From: Felis catus
Taxonomy: Eukaryota
Length of the DNA: 64,000 bases
Direction: 5' to 3'
NCBI RefSeq assembly: GCF_018350175.1
Contig: NC_058383.1
Span: forward strand, 9,178,001-9,242,000
The notes below the pieces were generated by a model. That model ran no database searches, was not told where the DNA came from, and was given only the letters and a program-made list of their open reading frames with translations. Below, one piece after another: positions 1 to 11,559 of this stretch (positions are counted from its first letter, which is position 1; the number at the start of each line of letters is the position of its first letter). The position numbers and the translations under genes were made by a program.

Positions 1-3000
1 TGAAACGGTCTGAAGCATTAGAAAAGCCTTTCAACACTCAAAAGATATTTTCTTAAGTGCTTCCTTTTTCCTCAGTGAAATGCTTGCCTGATATTGTCCA
101 AAAGTCCCACTGCACACACACCTACAGGCTCAAACAGAACTGTGGTGGCAGGCCGGGCTGGAAAGGTTCTGGAACCTAGGCTCCGGAGAGGGGACGACAT
201 CTCAACTCAGAGAGCAGGAGGAGCCAGAGCGCTGAGGAAGGCTTGATGGGGCTGCCCAGGTTGGGGACCAGTGTGGGAACCAGAGGGAAAGCCAGGGTAG
301 GGAAGCTTCACAGAGGACACAACCTGGAAGGCTGGGTGCGTGGGGTGGCTTCCCATGAGGTAGAGGACACTAGAAGTGTGGCGGGGGGTGTCCGGTCAAC
401 AAGGTGAGGGGGAGGTAGGGAGACCGGCAAGAACAGCCAGATGGGAGGTTCTGGAGCCGCCTGGGTAGAGGCAAGGGCTGGGGAGTCACCGGCAATGAGA
501 CTGAGATCACGTGGAAAGACCTCAGAAGATAAGCAAGGTTAGTCCGAGGCTAAGGAACACTGACCTTTGAAGGACAGGTGAAACATAGAAGTGTCTGAAG
601 GGAGGCTGGACTGGGGCGAGCCTGGTGAATCAGAGAATCAAGGGGAGTGTCCCATGGAGGTGGTACTCAGTGGTGACAGATGCTTCTGAGAGGCCCAACA
701 AGGTGGCCGGCTGGGAGGCAAGACTATACCAGAACCGAGGGCTCCTGTCTCCCAGCTCTGGGCTCTCTCACCTTGCGGGCTCCAGGAAACGCCCCAAACT
801 TCCAACTTAACTACACAGAGGCCACTGGTGTGTCCCTCGTGGTTTCCGTTGAGAAGCAGAGGCCTGAGCACAGAGATGCACATAGGTGTGTGTGCTTGGG
901 AAGGTTGGGAAGGTTCCAAAAACAGTCTTTGTGTTCCACGCATGGGGGCGGGGGGAGGATAAACCCACACGTGTGGAATGAGGCTACTTACATAAGGTTG
1001 CCCACGGCTGTGTGTGCCTAGAAGGACGCTAGACAACACGGTGAAGTCTGAGAGGCAGGATAGCAGGTGATTTTCACTTTCTTTGTACTTTTCTTGCCCC
1101 ATTTGAGTGTGTCCCAATGAATGGTTTCCTTTTTTGTAACCTGAAAAGAAAGACTATTTTTATTTGGGGAAAATAGAGAGTTCTGGTAGTGAAAAAGCAG
1201 CAAAATAGGGCAGCAGCAAGAGGGAGCATGTGCGGGGGCACGGACTTTTAATTTTTAGGCAGGACAGAGCGAGTGTGCTGTGTTCTGAGACTGCAGCAGG
1301 ATGGCCCTCGGGAAGCTGGAAATGAGGGGCCCGGGATCGGCCACTTGCAAACTGAACTTGAAACCAACATAGTAGCAAAGGATCCGCAGCAACTAGGAGA
1401 GGGCGGGTTAAATGACCTTGGAACACTAGTTAAGAAGAATGAGGAAGATGCACAGGTACTAAGGGAACAATGGCCAAAGTCTAGGGTTAAGCAAAAAAGA
1501 CACTTTCACAGCATACGGAACATGCACCTATTTGTGGTTTTGGTTTGGAAAATGTGAACACACCTCCCTCCCCCTCCACACACACAGTAGGGCAGGTTAG
1601 GTATGCCTGGCACAAAGGGCACATAGGGGTGAAAGGGGACGGAAACATTCCTGGCATGGGCTCTTTGTCCTCACAAAAATCATCTGCCCCGAAGGGAAGC
1701 TTTGTGTGTGTGTTTTAACATCTCAAATGGAGCTTGCTCGCAGGCTTCCGAAGGCTCCCTAGCAACTAAGAATGAATGGCGTGGCCCAAGAAAGAATGTG
1801 GCTGTTGGCCACGGAATGGGGAGTGATGGTGGCCAAAGAAACTCTTTTTTTTTTCCCCCAAAAGTCCTTAGACTCCATTCCAGGTGCCAGGATTTACTGC
1901 TTCCGAAGGTTCCTATCCTGGAACAGCCCCAGCTCACTCGGGAGCAAGAAAAGATCCATGACATAGGGGCCCAGCATCACCGCTCAGGGACTCAAGCACT
2001 TTCTGAGGTTTTGCTTGGAAGGGCAGAATTTTGTTGCTTGGTGCCACTCGGCTAATTGGCCTCCATCTGACGCTCTGGAGGGACCGTCTGATTAGAAGCC
2101 ACAGCTGCCTGGCTCATTATTTCTGATTAATAGACAGCACCTGGCATCTCTGGGCGACAGTGCCCACTCATGGCCCAGGTGTGACCTACACGGCCAACAA
2201 AAGCATGATGGCTCTGCAGCCCCAGGACGAAGCCCCTAAAAGCGTTCGTCATCTTATGTAAGTCCCAGCTCCTTGGAACACGTTTTGAACTGGCTTGTCC
2301 TTTTTGCTGGTTCCTTTGCTGCGAGTCTGAAATAATTGATGTGTACTCACAGTTAACTCATCCGAGAAGTTTGCTTTCACACCAGGCAATCTCACTGGAT
2401 CTATGCCCTCCACCCCATTGTAAGTTACTTACTCATTGTAAGTTAGTACTCTGGCATCCTGGTTTGAGATCTATAGAAGAGAGGTGTCAGTTGTGCGTGG
2501 ACAAGGCAGGCCTTTTAGCCTAAAGGCTGAGGGCAAGAGGCACCCCCGAGAGACAAAGTTGTCTTTCTGGTGGTAGCCAACCTCCCCCGGAAAACTTCCA
2601 ATAGTCCCTGGTTGCTGCTTAGAATTGATTGCTAAAAATACGTGATAAATCTAACATCCATCAGGAAAAAGCGTGAGTCTCAGATACAGACATGAACAAA
2701 GAGATTACGAAATGTCCTCTCGCACTCTTCCAGATACCCTGACTCTGTAAAAGTCTGCCTTTCCTGGTCTTTGACGGAAGGTATTTTGCAATTCTGTATA
2801 TTGTGGAAAATCAGTAGTGCAAATTATTGCAAATAAGTCTTGTCCGGGGAGATGCAACTGATTTCTGCCCTTTGTAGGAAGCCAAACTTGCGTCTATCAA
2901 CAAATTCATTTCTGCATTCCTGATTACTTTATGCAAATCTTTGGATTCTCCTTTGAACCCATTCCGCCTCTGGCAGTTCCCCTCAAGGAAGGAGTTAAAA

Positions 3001-3010
3001 CAAGACCTTT

Positions 3011-3117
3011 GGGGCGCCCGGGGGGGGGGGGGGGGCGATCTCATAGTTTGTGGGTTCCAGCCCACATCGGGCTCTGCGCTATGTGGAGGGAGCCTGCTTG
3101 GGATTTTCTCGCTCTCC

Positions 3118-3161
<44 letters not shown>

Positions 3162-3213
3162 CCCTCCCCGCTCGCACACACGAGAGCTCGCTCTCAGAAT
3201 AATCTTAAAAAAA
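3011..3213 (+). mobile_element. Can-SINE (SINEC) with internal G16 run
   Basis: GGGGCGCC head, B-box-like GGTTCCAGCCCC, (CT)n, A-rich tail. Confidence 0.85.
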
Positions 3214-3770
3214 GACCTTGGACATATTTTCATTTTGTATTTGTACAAACATGATTTTACTCCCCGGCTCCCCCCTTTCTCCGCATTGTCCTTTTTTCCC
3301 CTGGCCACCAGGAAGCACAAAGGCAAAGTTTTAAACCCACGGAGTGTCGGTCCACTGAGAGTTTCACGGGATGTGATAGGCAGCTGCCCCAAACACCAGG
3401 GAAACAGGTGGCCGTAGGCAATGGAAATCCAGACCCTCAGCTGCCGGCCACCTCCTTCCCTTTCCCCGCTCTAGCCTCCAGTGGAGACTGGAGGCAGGGC
3501 CCTCGGATCTCAGTGCTGGAGGCCGCCTCTCGGTGGCACCCGGAGAGATGAGGCCCATCTGGAACTGGCTGGAGCTGACCTGCTCCTCGCACTTCCTCCT
3601 CACACCAGCTACAACCACTTCCTGTTCCCAAGGACAGCGGAAGTTGGAGAGGGCTTCCCAGGATGTTGCAAGCCCCAGAAACAGGAGGGCAAGTAGCGGA
3701 TGGACAGTCCCCCCGGGGGTTGTGGAAGCAGCTGGAGCTCAGAGTGTGGTTCTGTCTGAACACCTGCTGG

Positions 3771-4700
3771 TGTTGGGGAGGGAAAAGCCTCGTCTTCCAC
3801 AGGTTTTTCTGGCCGGTCTAAGAATTAAGTTGGTCACCAGCTAGACCTCAAGACTCGACAGTCGCTGCCTACCTGCTTGTGCCCATTAACCTTTGTCTTA
3901 CATCTTCCCCTAAACTCTTCTTTCCAGCTTATCTCTAAACTCAGGCAAATGAAATCCGAAACCACCCCTCGGGATGGCGAAGGCCCTGACAAGGCCTCCC
4001 AGACCACCCAGACCTTTTGAGCTAAACTTGACTTGCACTGGGGCAGATGGACCACAGAGCGGCCTCTGGAATGACCCACCTTTAAGTTTACCTCATTAGA
4101 ATACTAAAACCCTCCCCCAGGGAGGAGCCTCAGCCTCATTTACATAACATACAAGGTCTCTACAGGCATGTTTCCTTAAGGCGCGTGCATCACGCCCACC
4201 TCTACCTAGGCCTCCCTGTCTAAATAGCCATCCTAACCCTAAACAGAAGGGACCCATTCGCCGTCTCTCTCGGGGAGTCACTGCTTTGGAAGCCATTCCC
4301 TATGATCTCCTTGGCTCTCCGAGGAGCGAACTGACGCTGGTTAGGCTAAAAGTTGACAGGAAACAGATTAACAGAACAGCAGGTTTAATTTTGCTTGTGC
4401 GAATCTCTCACAAATATGGGGTTCCCAAAGTTAAAAGGAAGTACGTATGCCCTCCTGAACCAAAAGGGATGAGAGCCTGGGGCTTCAAAGGCACAGAAGG
4501 CGATTCACAGACCAGGAAGAGTGAATGTGTGCGCCTCCCCACCCCCACTCCCTCACCCCCCCCCCCCCCCACAGATGGATCACTTAGAGAAGATTTAGCT
4601 CTGGTAAGAACCCCATTGTGGGAAAGACACCCAACTTCAATTCTTCTAGGTAGTTAAGGGGGCAAAAATTTCTCTCGAACTGTTGGGTCTTGATGGGCAC
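3771..4700. mobile_element. Nested carnivore ERV-type solo LTRs (inner about 3831-4349 within an outer LTR)
   Basis: LTR-like motifs recognised by eye; AAGT duplicated at 3827-3830 and 4350-4353 around the inner element. Confidence 0.6.
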
Positions 4701-6044
4701 AGAGGTGATCGTGAGCTACAGGCAAAGCAGCACGCTTTGCGGGGGCGGGGGGGGGACTTGTTCTGAACCCCTGTACTGGGCCCCAAGTAACACCTTACCC
4801 CTCCCAGGAATGCTGAAGTTGAGAACTCAAACCTCCTGAAAGGGGTCGATGCCAAGGAGGAGGAAACATGCTCAGTGAGGAGTCAAGCTGTGTGGGACGG
4901 GACATAGGCCCTCTGGCCCAATTCCTGCTGCCTGAGCCCGGATGCCACTCCGCTCACGGTGCATGTTACAGATGAAGTGGCCTGCCAAGGCAGCAGTGGC
5001 AGGGAGCCGGGCTGGTCCTTTCTCTGCCTCCAGGCCAGTCTCTGTCCCTATGGGTCTTCCTGACACGACCTTCCATGCAGTGGCTCCTTTTCATTGTTGG
5101 CAGCCCTAGGAGGCCTCCCTCTCTACTCCGCGGCTCATAGACCATCAAAGCCCTCCCTTCTGCCAGGGAGAAGTGTTCTCCCTTCTCTCTTCCCTCCACA
5201 CCCACGTCCCGTTTTGTCCAGCTAGGGCCTGCCCGCTCTTGAAGGATTTGCTCCAGGGTCACCAGCTCCAGGAGGCCCACCCCTCTTACCTCCAGCCTTT
5301 TACTTCCTCACACAGCCCACTCTGACCTGCTTGGGGGGGGGGGGGGGGGAAGAGAAGGATTCTTTCGGGATGCAAACCCCCGGCCCGGTGCGCTTGAATC
5401 ACCTGGAGATTTTAAAATGCAGATTCAGTCTGGCATGGAACCCAAAACTTGGCCTTTCCGCAAATCCCCAGGTGATGCTAATAGTGTTCACAGGCCACAC
5501 GTAGAGGGGCAAGAGCCAAGGTCAAGGGGCTTCCTGTTTTCAGTAGACCCAGAATCCCAAGACTTTGGCCAACTGCCTCTATGCCTCTATCAACACACTT
5601 GAGCCCCTGCCCCCAGCCAGGCCCCAGGCTTCAGAGACACACGGCTCCTTTCGCTTCCAATCAATTTTTGTCCAACAGGCCTGCCCAACAGGTACCAGCT
5701 CCATTTTGCCCACGAGGACCCTCAGGCTCACAGCAGGTAACTGGCAAGGTGGGGAGTACCGGTGAAGGCTATTTTCACTCAGGAAAACAAGCCAGGCCTA
5801 GCGGGGGGGGGGGGGGGGGGGGGGGGGAAATGGAACCAGCCAAGAGCCACAGCTCTCAGACAAGGGGCCACATTCCCTCCTGGACACTCCCAGGGCCTGG
5901 GAGAGGAGGGCAGTTCTACCTGGGAGCAAGAGAGGCAGCAAGACAGCTCCCGTCAGTGACAAGAAGCTTCAGGCAGTCCCAGCCCTCCTGAGGTGCCCAC
6001 CCCCAAGCCAAGGACCTGTCCAGAGCTCCCTCTCCCTCCCTCCC

Positions 6045-6047
6045 TCC

Positions 6048-6098
<51 letters not shown>
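6045..6098. repeat. (CT)n(CA)n microsatellite
   Basis: Read directly. Confidence 0.95.
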
Positions 6099-6100
<2 letters not shown>

Positions 6101-6604
6101 CATTCTCCTTTACAGCACCTTCAGGCCCAAGGGGACCACTGTCCAGACCACTGCCCTGGACCTAGTCACCTCTGGCCTCTGGGCCTCTAGCCTGCTGCCC
6201 CTAGAAGACTCAGTCCTTTCCTGCCTGCCCCCACACCCAATTCAGATACATGGGGTCCAGAGACACAAACCCTTTGCTAGCCCAGGAGGAGGCCTGGCCT
6301 CCAACAGCGTACACCCTGGCCTCCTGGGAGGCATGGGATTACTGTCACCAGGGAAGATGAGCCCCTACCCCCCACCCCAACTCCTGCCCCAGGAAGGCCA
6401 CGTTGCCCAAAGCCAGGAAAATGCAGGCTTGCCTTCACAAATCAGTCCGCCCTCTCCACTGGTAGATCACCCCCACACTAGTACAACAGTCCTTGTTGGG
6501 TTGGGCTCCTTTGAGCCCGTGACACTGTTGTACCGTCGCCCCCCCCTCCAGCTCACCCCTATCTGACATCACTGTGCTATACCCAAAAAGCTCATTTTTT
6601 TTCT

Positions 6605-6610
6605 TTTATT
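6605..6610 (-). terminator. ZP3: ZP3 polyadenylation signal AATAAA overlapping the TAA stop codon
   Basis: Minus strand reads CAA TAA AAG; AATAAA spans the last codon and the stop. Confidence 0.8.
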
Positions 6611-6825
6611 GGGAAGCAGACACAGGGCAGATCATAGGACGGGAAGCAGTGTGATGCCTCCTGGCGAGACCCAGGACAATGGTAGCCAGAGTCAGGGACA
6701 ACACCGTGGCCAGGCCTATGCCCACCATCACAGAGGTGTGAGGCGAGGTCGACCCCTCCACACCACGATCGGCAGCCTTTCCCAGGAAGATCAGAGGCCC
6801 ACGGTGATATCCGCTTCTTCGGTCA
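6606..6825 (-). CDS. ZP3: ZP3 exon 8 (EHP, transmembrane domain, cytoplasmic tail); 1-bp frameshift at 6798-6800 as written
   Basis: 5' part reads VTEEADITV; 3' part, in a shifted frame, reads [64 protein letters not shown] (TAA 6608-6606). Exon is 220 nt but needs 221 to keep frame. Confidence 0.93.
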
Positions 6826-7145
6826 CTGAAAGATACAGGACACCTGGGGTCAGATAAAGGGTTTTGCTCTGTTCCAGTAGACTGAACTAGGTTTTATTCT
6901 AACAGCTGCATTATCACCCCACAATTGTCATTATGCCCTACTCAGAACCCCCCGGCTGACACTGGTGTGGGGGTTTAGAGCCCCCTATTAACCCCAAGTC
7001 TTCTATGTTCGGAAGGCCACGAACAGCATTGCCCCAGAGGTGAGCAGCCTTGAATGGGGGACAGAGGAGGAATGTCCCTCTGCAGTAAGGCAGTTACCCT
7101 ATACTGAGGGGAGAGCCGTAGCCCCGCAGTAGTCCTAAGCCATAC

Positions 7146-7282
7146 CATGCCTGCGATTTCGGGAAGCCATCTTGTGCCGCGGTCTGTCTAGGTGGGACAG
7201 CCTCCAGGAACGGCCCTGAAGGCCACAGCTACCTTTGTTACAACAGTTACAGATGTCAGCAGGGCCTTCTACTGGGAACCAC
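7146..7282 (-). CDS. ZP3: ZP3 exon 7 (Cys cluster, furin cleavage site RNRR)
   Basis: Manually translated: [48 protein letters not shown] acceptor, G|GTATG donor; 137 nt. Confidence 0.96.
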
Positions 7283-7408
7283 CTGAGCAGAGGAAGACGA
7301 AAAGATCGGACGGCTAGGTTGCCAGCAGGAAGCAGCTTGCTGATGACCTACACACCAGGGAAGCCGGGCAGGCTTTCTACCCCAGCCACGTCTAACCTGT
7401 TGCCTCAC

Positions 7409-7500
7409 CTGTTAGAAGACTTGATGAAGGAACAGGCTTTGTTTAGCTGGTCCGGGACTCGGCTAGCTGGAGTGACTTTCAGATGGCAGGTGATATAGAT
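7409..7500 (-). CDS. ZP3: ZP3 exon 6
   Basis: Manually translated: [33 protein letters not shown] acceptor, AG|GTGAGG donor; 92 nt. Confidence 0.96.
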
Positions 7501-9030
7501 CTAGAAGAGCAGCAGTTACAGGGTGGAGGTCTAGGCTCTACCAGTGACTTCAGGAAGCCAATGCTTTAACTCTTAACCCTCAGTTCCATTTCACAGATGG
7601 AAGGTCAGAGGTGAACTTGCCCAAGATTTTGGAGGGAGTGGCAGACCAGACCCTAGGACTAAAACCCACCAGCTTTATTCCCTGCCGTCTTTCCCCAACC
7701 CTGTCCAATGGCTTACCCTGCCACCTGGGGTAGGGGAAATTTTGACAAAACTGGGGCTCAGGTCAGCCCTGGCCCATTTGGCAGAGGGATCTCCAGGCAG
7801 AGGTCCCTTTCATACTCTAGGTGTATGCAAAGCCACAAGCCTTGGCCACCACCTAGTGGCTGAGCACACCAGCAAGGAAGCCACTCCAGAAACTCCAACG
7901 AGCCAGGAGGCACTTCTGGCCACTGGCCTTGTATCTGCCCCAGCAGAGAAGGGCTTCGGAGTCCCTTAGAATCCTTATTTCAGAGAAGTACTGCTTTTAT
8001 CCTCAGCTCCCTCCCAGGACATTTTTTTTGATGTTAACTGGGGCCTGTGACCGTAGAATGGTTCCCTGATCCTCGTAAATAAGGGTTTACACCCGCCGTG
8101 GCCACAGGCGGCCAAACCATCCTATCTACCGTCGAGGGGAACGCTCCCAGAACTCAGGCTACCTTTCATTCTTCAGCATTGTCCTCTGGCACCCGCCCTG
8201 CCTCCTCCCCCCACAAGATAGATCCCAGCTCTGGTGGCTCCTGTGCTGAGAACCACCCCCCATATGAAAACTTCTCCCCCTCCCCTCCACCAGACCACCT
8301 CTGAGGTTAACGGCATTCCCAACCCCAACTGGGCTCCTCTACCCTAGGACCCACAAGGTCACTGATCTGGGGACCAGGACCCTCTCTCAGTCTGCTCTCC
8401 TTTATCCCCCACCCCAGGACCTACCATCAGCTTTAGGACATGTCACCAATAGGACACGTCTTCAATTCATACCGTCCTGCTACCTGGCAGTCTGTATCAA
8501 ACTTCCTGTTCAACAGAACTGCGGGGGGTGGGGGCAGGTAGCTTCAGTATCATCTTCTACAAATTCACTGTGCTCACCCCTTAATGCCCTCCCCCCCGGC
8601 CATAGGAGCCTCGGGTTCAGTGGCTTGCAAACCCAGCTGCTTAGAGTCCTCTAAGGAGCTTAAGTAGCTTTTGAGGATTTCCAAGTAAAACCTGATAGTA
8701 CTTTACTCACGTTCACCTACCAGTCTAATAGAGCTCTAGATGGTAGGTGTGTAGGTATTTGCCGTAAAATTCTATGAAGGTTTCCATAACCATGTTCAAG
8801 AAGTAATGCCAGGCCCCCACCCCAATTAAGTAAAAATATATGGTATTAGGTGACCTTTCCAGGGGGTTAATATAGTCAGTCGGCAACAGGGATTTTTCAT
8901 CACTTCCTGACCAGCTGTTCCAAACTTCAGAATGTGGGGCTTTAACACCCAACCCTGGGATCAGAGTTGCATGCCTTACCAGCTGAGCCAGCCAGGTGCC
9001 CCAAAGTGATTTTTTTTTAAAGGCTATTAC

Positions 9031-9148
9031 CATGTTTCTGGGGTCATTAGCAAAGTGGAACGTGTCTACTGTGAACTGGAGAGTCTCCGGCCTGGGTCTG
9101 GGGGCTTTGAAGGCAGAAGAGGCATCAGAGAGACCATCCACGAGACAG
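9031..9148 (-). CDS. ZP3: ZP3 exon 5
   Basis: AAG acceptor, [39 protein letters not shown], donor ATG|GTAATA; 118 nt. Confidence 0.96.
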
Positions 9149-9239
9149 CTTTGAAGAGAAGGAGGAGACAACAGAGTCAGGCCCTAAGGCGGTAAAGGTC
9201 ATGTTACAAGGGCTCCCCCAGAGGTGGCCCAGCCCTCAC

Positions 9240-9417
9240 CCGTGGAAGTCCACGATGGTGTGATGAGGGGAGGCGTTCTGGTCTGGTGTCAGCGTGGCCA
9301 CACAGTAGTCCACAAACAGTCGCAGTGGTATGTGGCGGCCGGTGTGGACTTCGGCCTGGAGGTGGGCTAGGTCTCCCAACTGGAAAGTGGGGGACTGCTT
9401 CTCGGAGCCCCAGTCCT
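9240..9417 (-). CDS. ZP3: ZP3 exon 4
   Basis: CAG acceptor, [59 protein letters not shown], donor GG|GTGAG; 178 nt. Confidence 0.97.
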
Positions 9418-9493
9418 CTGAAAGGCACAGCCAGGGGTGAGAGACCGCCAGAGCTCTCCCTGCAGCCCCCCTCTGCCATCCCCCTGTGCTCAC

Positions 9494-9597
9494 CCTCCAT
9501 CAGGCGCAGAGAGAAAGCCAGCTTCTCCTCTGAGAGCATTGTGGTCCTGAAGGGCACCCAGGTGGGCAGGATGGCCTCGCTGCTCACGTTGCTATGC
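9494..9597 (-). CDS. ZP3: ZP3 exon 3
   Basis: TAG acceptor, [34 protein letters not shown], donor G|GTGAG; 104 nt. Confidence 0.97.
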
Positions 9598-9666
9598 CTA
9601 CGGAGAAGAGCAGTTGCCCACACCTGTCTCGAGCTCACCCCATCTGGCTTCAGGGGAGTCTTCAGT

Positions 9667-9822
9667 GGGGGGTGGTGGGGGTGGTGGGGGTGGTGGGGGT
9701 GGTGGGGGTGGTGTGTGTGTGCGTGTGCGTGTGCGTGTGCGTGTGCGTGTGCGTGTGCGTGTGCGTGTGCGTGTGCGTGTGCGTGTGCGTGTGCGTGTGC
9801 GTGTGCGTGTGCGTGTGCGTGT
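9667..9822. repeat. Compound repeat (GGGGGTGGT)x5 + (GT)n + (GCGTGT)x17
   Basis: Read directly. Confidence 0.95.
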
Positions 9823-11440
9823 CACCAGTCTTCAGCTGTGGCCCAGCCAGGCAGCTAATCCAAGGCAGCTGAACCGACACTTGAAGCCTGAGCCTGCCCC
9901 TTGACCCTCCCAAACTCGACACCTGCGAATGGGCCCCGCCCTCCGGCCATGACCCAGGCGGAGGCACGAAAATGGGATACACCTGAGTGAGGAGTCTGGC
10001 CCTTAGACACAGCTGGGCTTATCGGGGCTTGGGTTTTGGGTCTGAGGCAGCCCTCCCTCCCTGCACCCCTCAGCGTTCTTGAGCTGAGATCTAGTGCAGT
10101 CCTTCAGAGAGAAATACAGCTAGGCCTCCGGTCCTTGAGAAGCCACGGAGACTGTCTGAGCCTAGACCAGGACGGGAAGGTCCTCGGAAGCAGTGGGAGT
10201 CACCCCACCGGGACTCACGGAAGAGGCTAGGTCATCTGAGAACCAGGCCTCGGGCATCTGGAAGTCCGAGCACCCCAGCCTGTGGCAGGCCCCCTGCACT
10301 GCCCACCCCCGTGGGGCCAGGCAGGCCAACATTCTCAGGTCTGTCCCAGGCAGAGACCTTCTGGAGCAAGACAGCTGTGGTCCGAGGAGGGCTTTGGCCT
10401 CTCTAGCGAGAGAGGGGGCAGCTAGCCTTCCTGCCCTTGGCTCCTCCATCTCCCCTACCCTACCCGGTCAGGCGCTGAGCTCCCTCCAGCCCACCCCTCC
10501 ACCCCTGCTGCCACAGGTCAGGACTCCCTCCATCCCATCTCAGCTGGTCTCCCCAACTCCATCTGCCTCCTGTACCAGCGGCCAGAGGACCTTCCGGGTT
10601 CAGAGACCATCCTTGCCATTCAGTTAGGTTTACGGTGGCAGCAACGGTTGGGGGGGCAGGGGGTGCCTGCTAAGGTGCCAGCCTGAGCACCTTCTCTGGA
10701 TCTGTTGGGCCTTTAGAACCTATCTGTCCCCCTTCCCTTATTGAAGGGGCCCTGGGCTGCAGCCTCTATTAGTGACACGCTGCCCTCCCTGGTGTGCGTG
10801 AGTGTGTGGCCCTGCCCAGAGGGTCTCACCCCCACCTGCCCCTTTATGTACCCTCCCAGGATCTTGTTCTGGGAGCTTCTACCTTGACTCCTCCCCAGGC
10901 CTATGCCATGGCTCATCTCCCCTGCCCTTGTGGTAGCAGCACGGACCTTCCTGACCTCCTCCCAGATGGAGGGACAGGATTAAAGCCTATGCACTCTGCA
11001 CTCGACTCAGCCACATAGGACTCGCCATCGTGGCCTTGTCGTTATGAGCCTAGTCGCCCTCTCCTCATGCCTCAGTGCCCAAGTTCACAGGCACATCCTT
11101 AGGGCTAAGGCTTGAGGGGCTCCCGCCACCTGCACTCGGGTACTGGGGGAAGACTTGGGCAAAGGGCAAGCAGGGATCACAGGAGCCTAGAACTTCTCAC
11201 TTTACTCAGAGGCTCTCTGAACTCCAAGGCCTGGGCTGGGCAGCCCTGCAGCTTCCACCGAGAGGCAGCTGTGGCCCAGATGCATTCCGGAAGCTCAGAG
11301 GAGACTCCACGGGCTCCCCACTCCCAGCTGGGACAGGGAGCAGGGACCACGGCTTAAGTACCTCCGCCTTATCGCAGTCATGCTGCCAGGAGGCCGACGC
11401 GCTCGCTGAGGGGCCACGACAGGCCCCAACCCACACTGAC

Positions 11441-11559
11441 CTGGGGTAACGGCACTCAATGGGAACTTCCGCGCGGTTGGTCCTCAGGATGGACAGGTTT
11501 CCCACGGGGCGGGGGTTGTGGAGCAGGAAGGTGCTATACACCAGGGCATCTTCGGTCAC
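11441..11559 (-). CDS. ZP3: ZP3 exon 2
   Basis: CAG acceptor, [40 protein letters not shown], donor AG|GTCAGT; 119 nt, frame consistent. Confidence 0.97.

Noticed and set aside
1..6600. Search for the DTX2 promoter or exons expected by synteny
   Set aside because: No CpG island or WWE-domain coding sequence seen; DTX2, if syntenic, lies outside the window
9594..9982. ORFs with poly-TR, poly-CV, poly-HT and poly-P/G
   Set aside because: Translation of the intronic simple repeat in ZP3 intron 2
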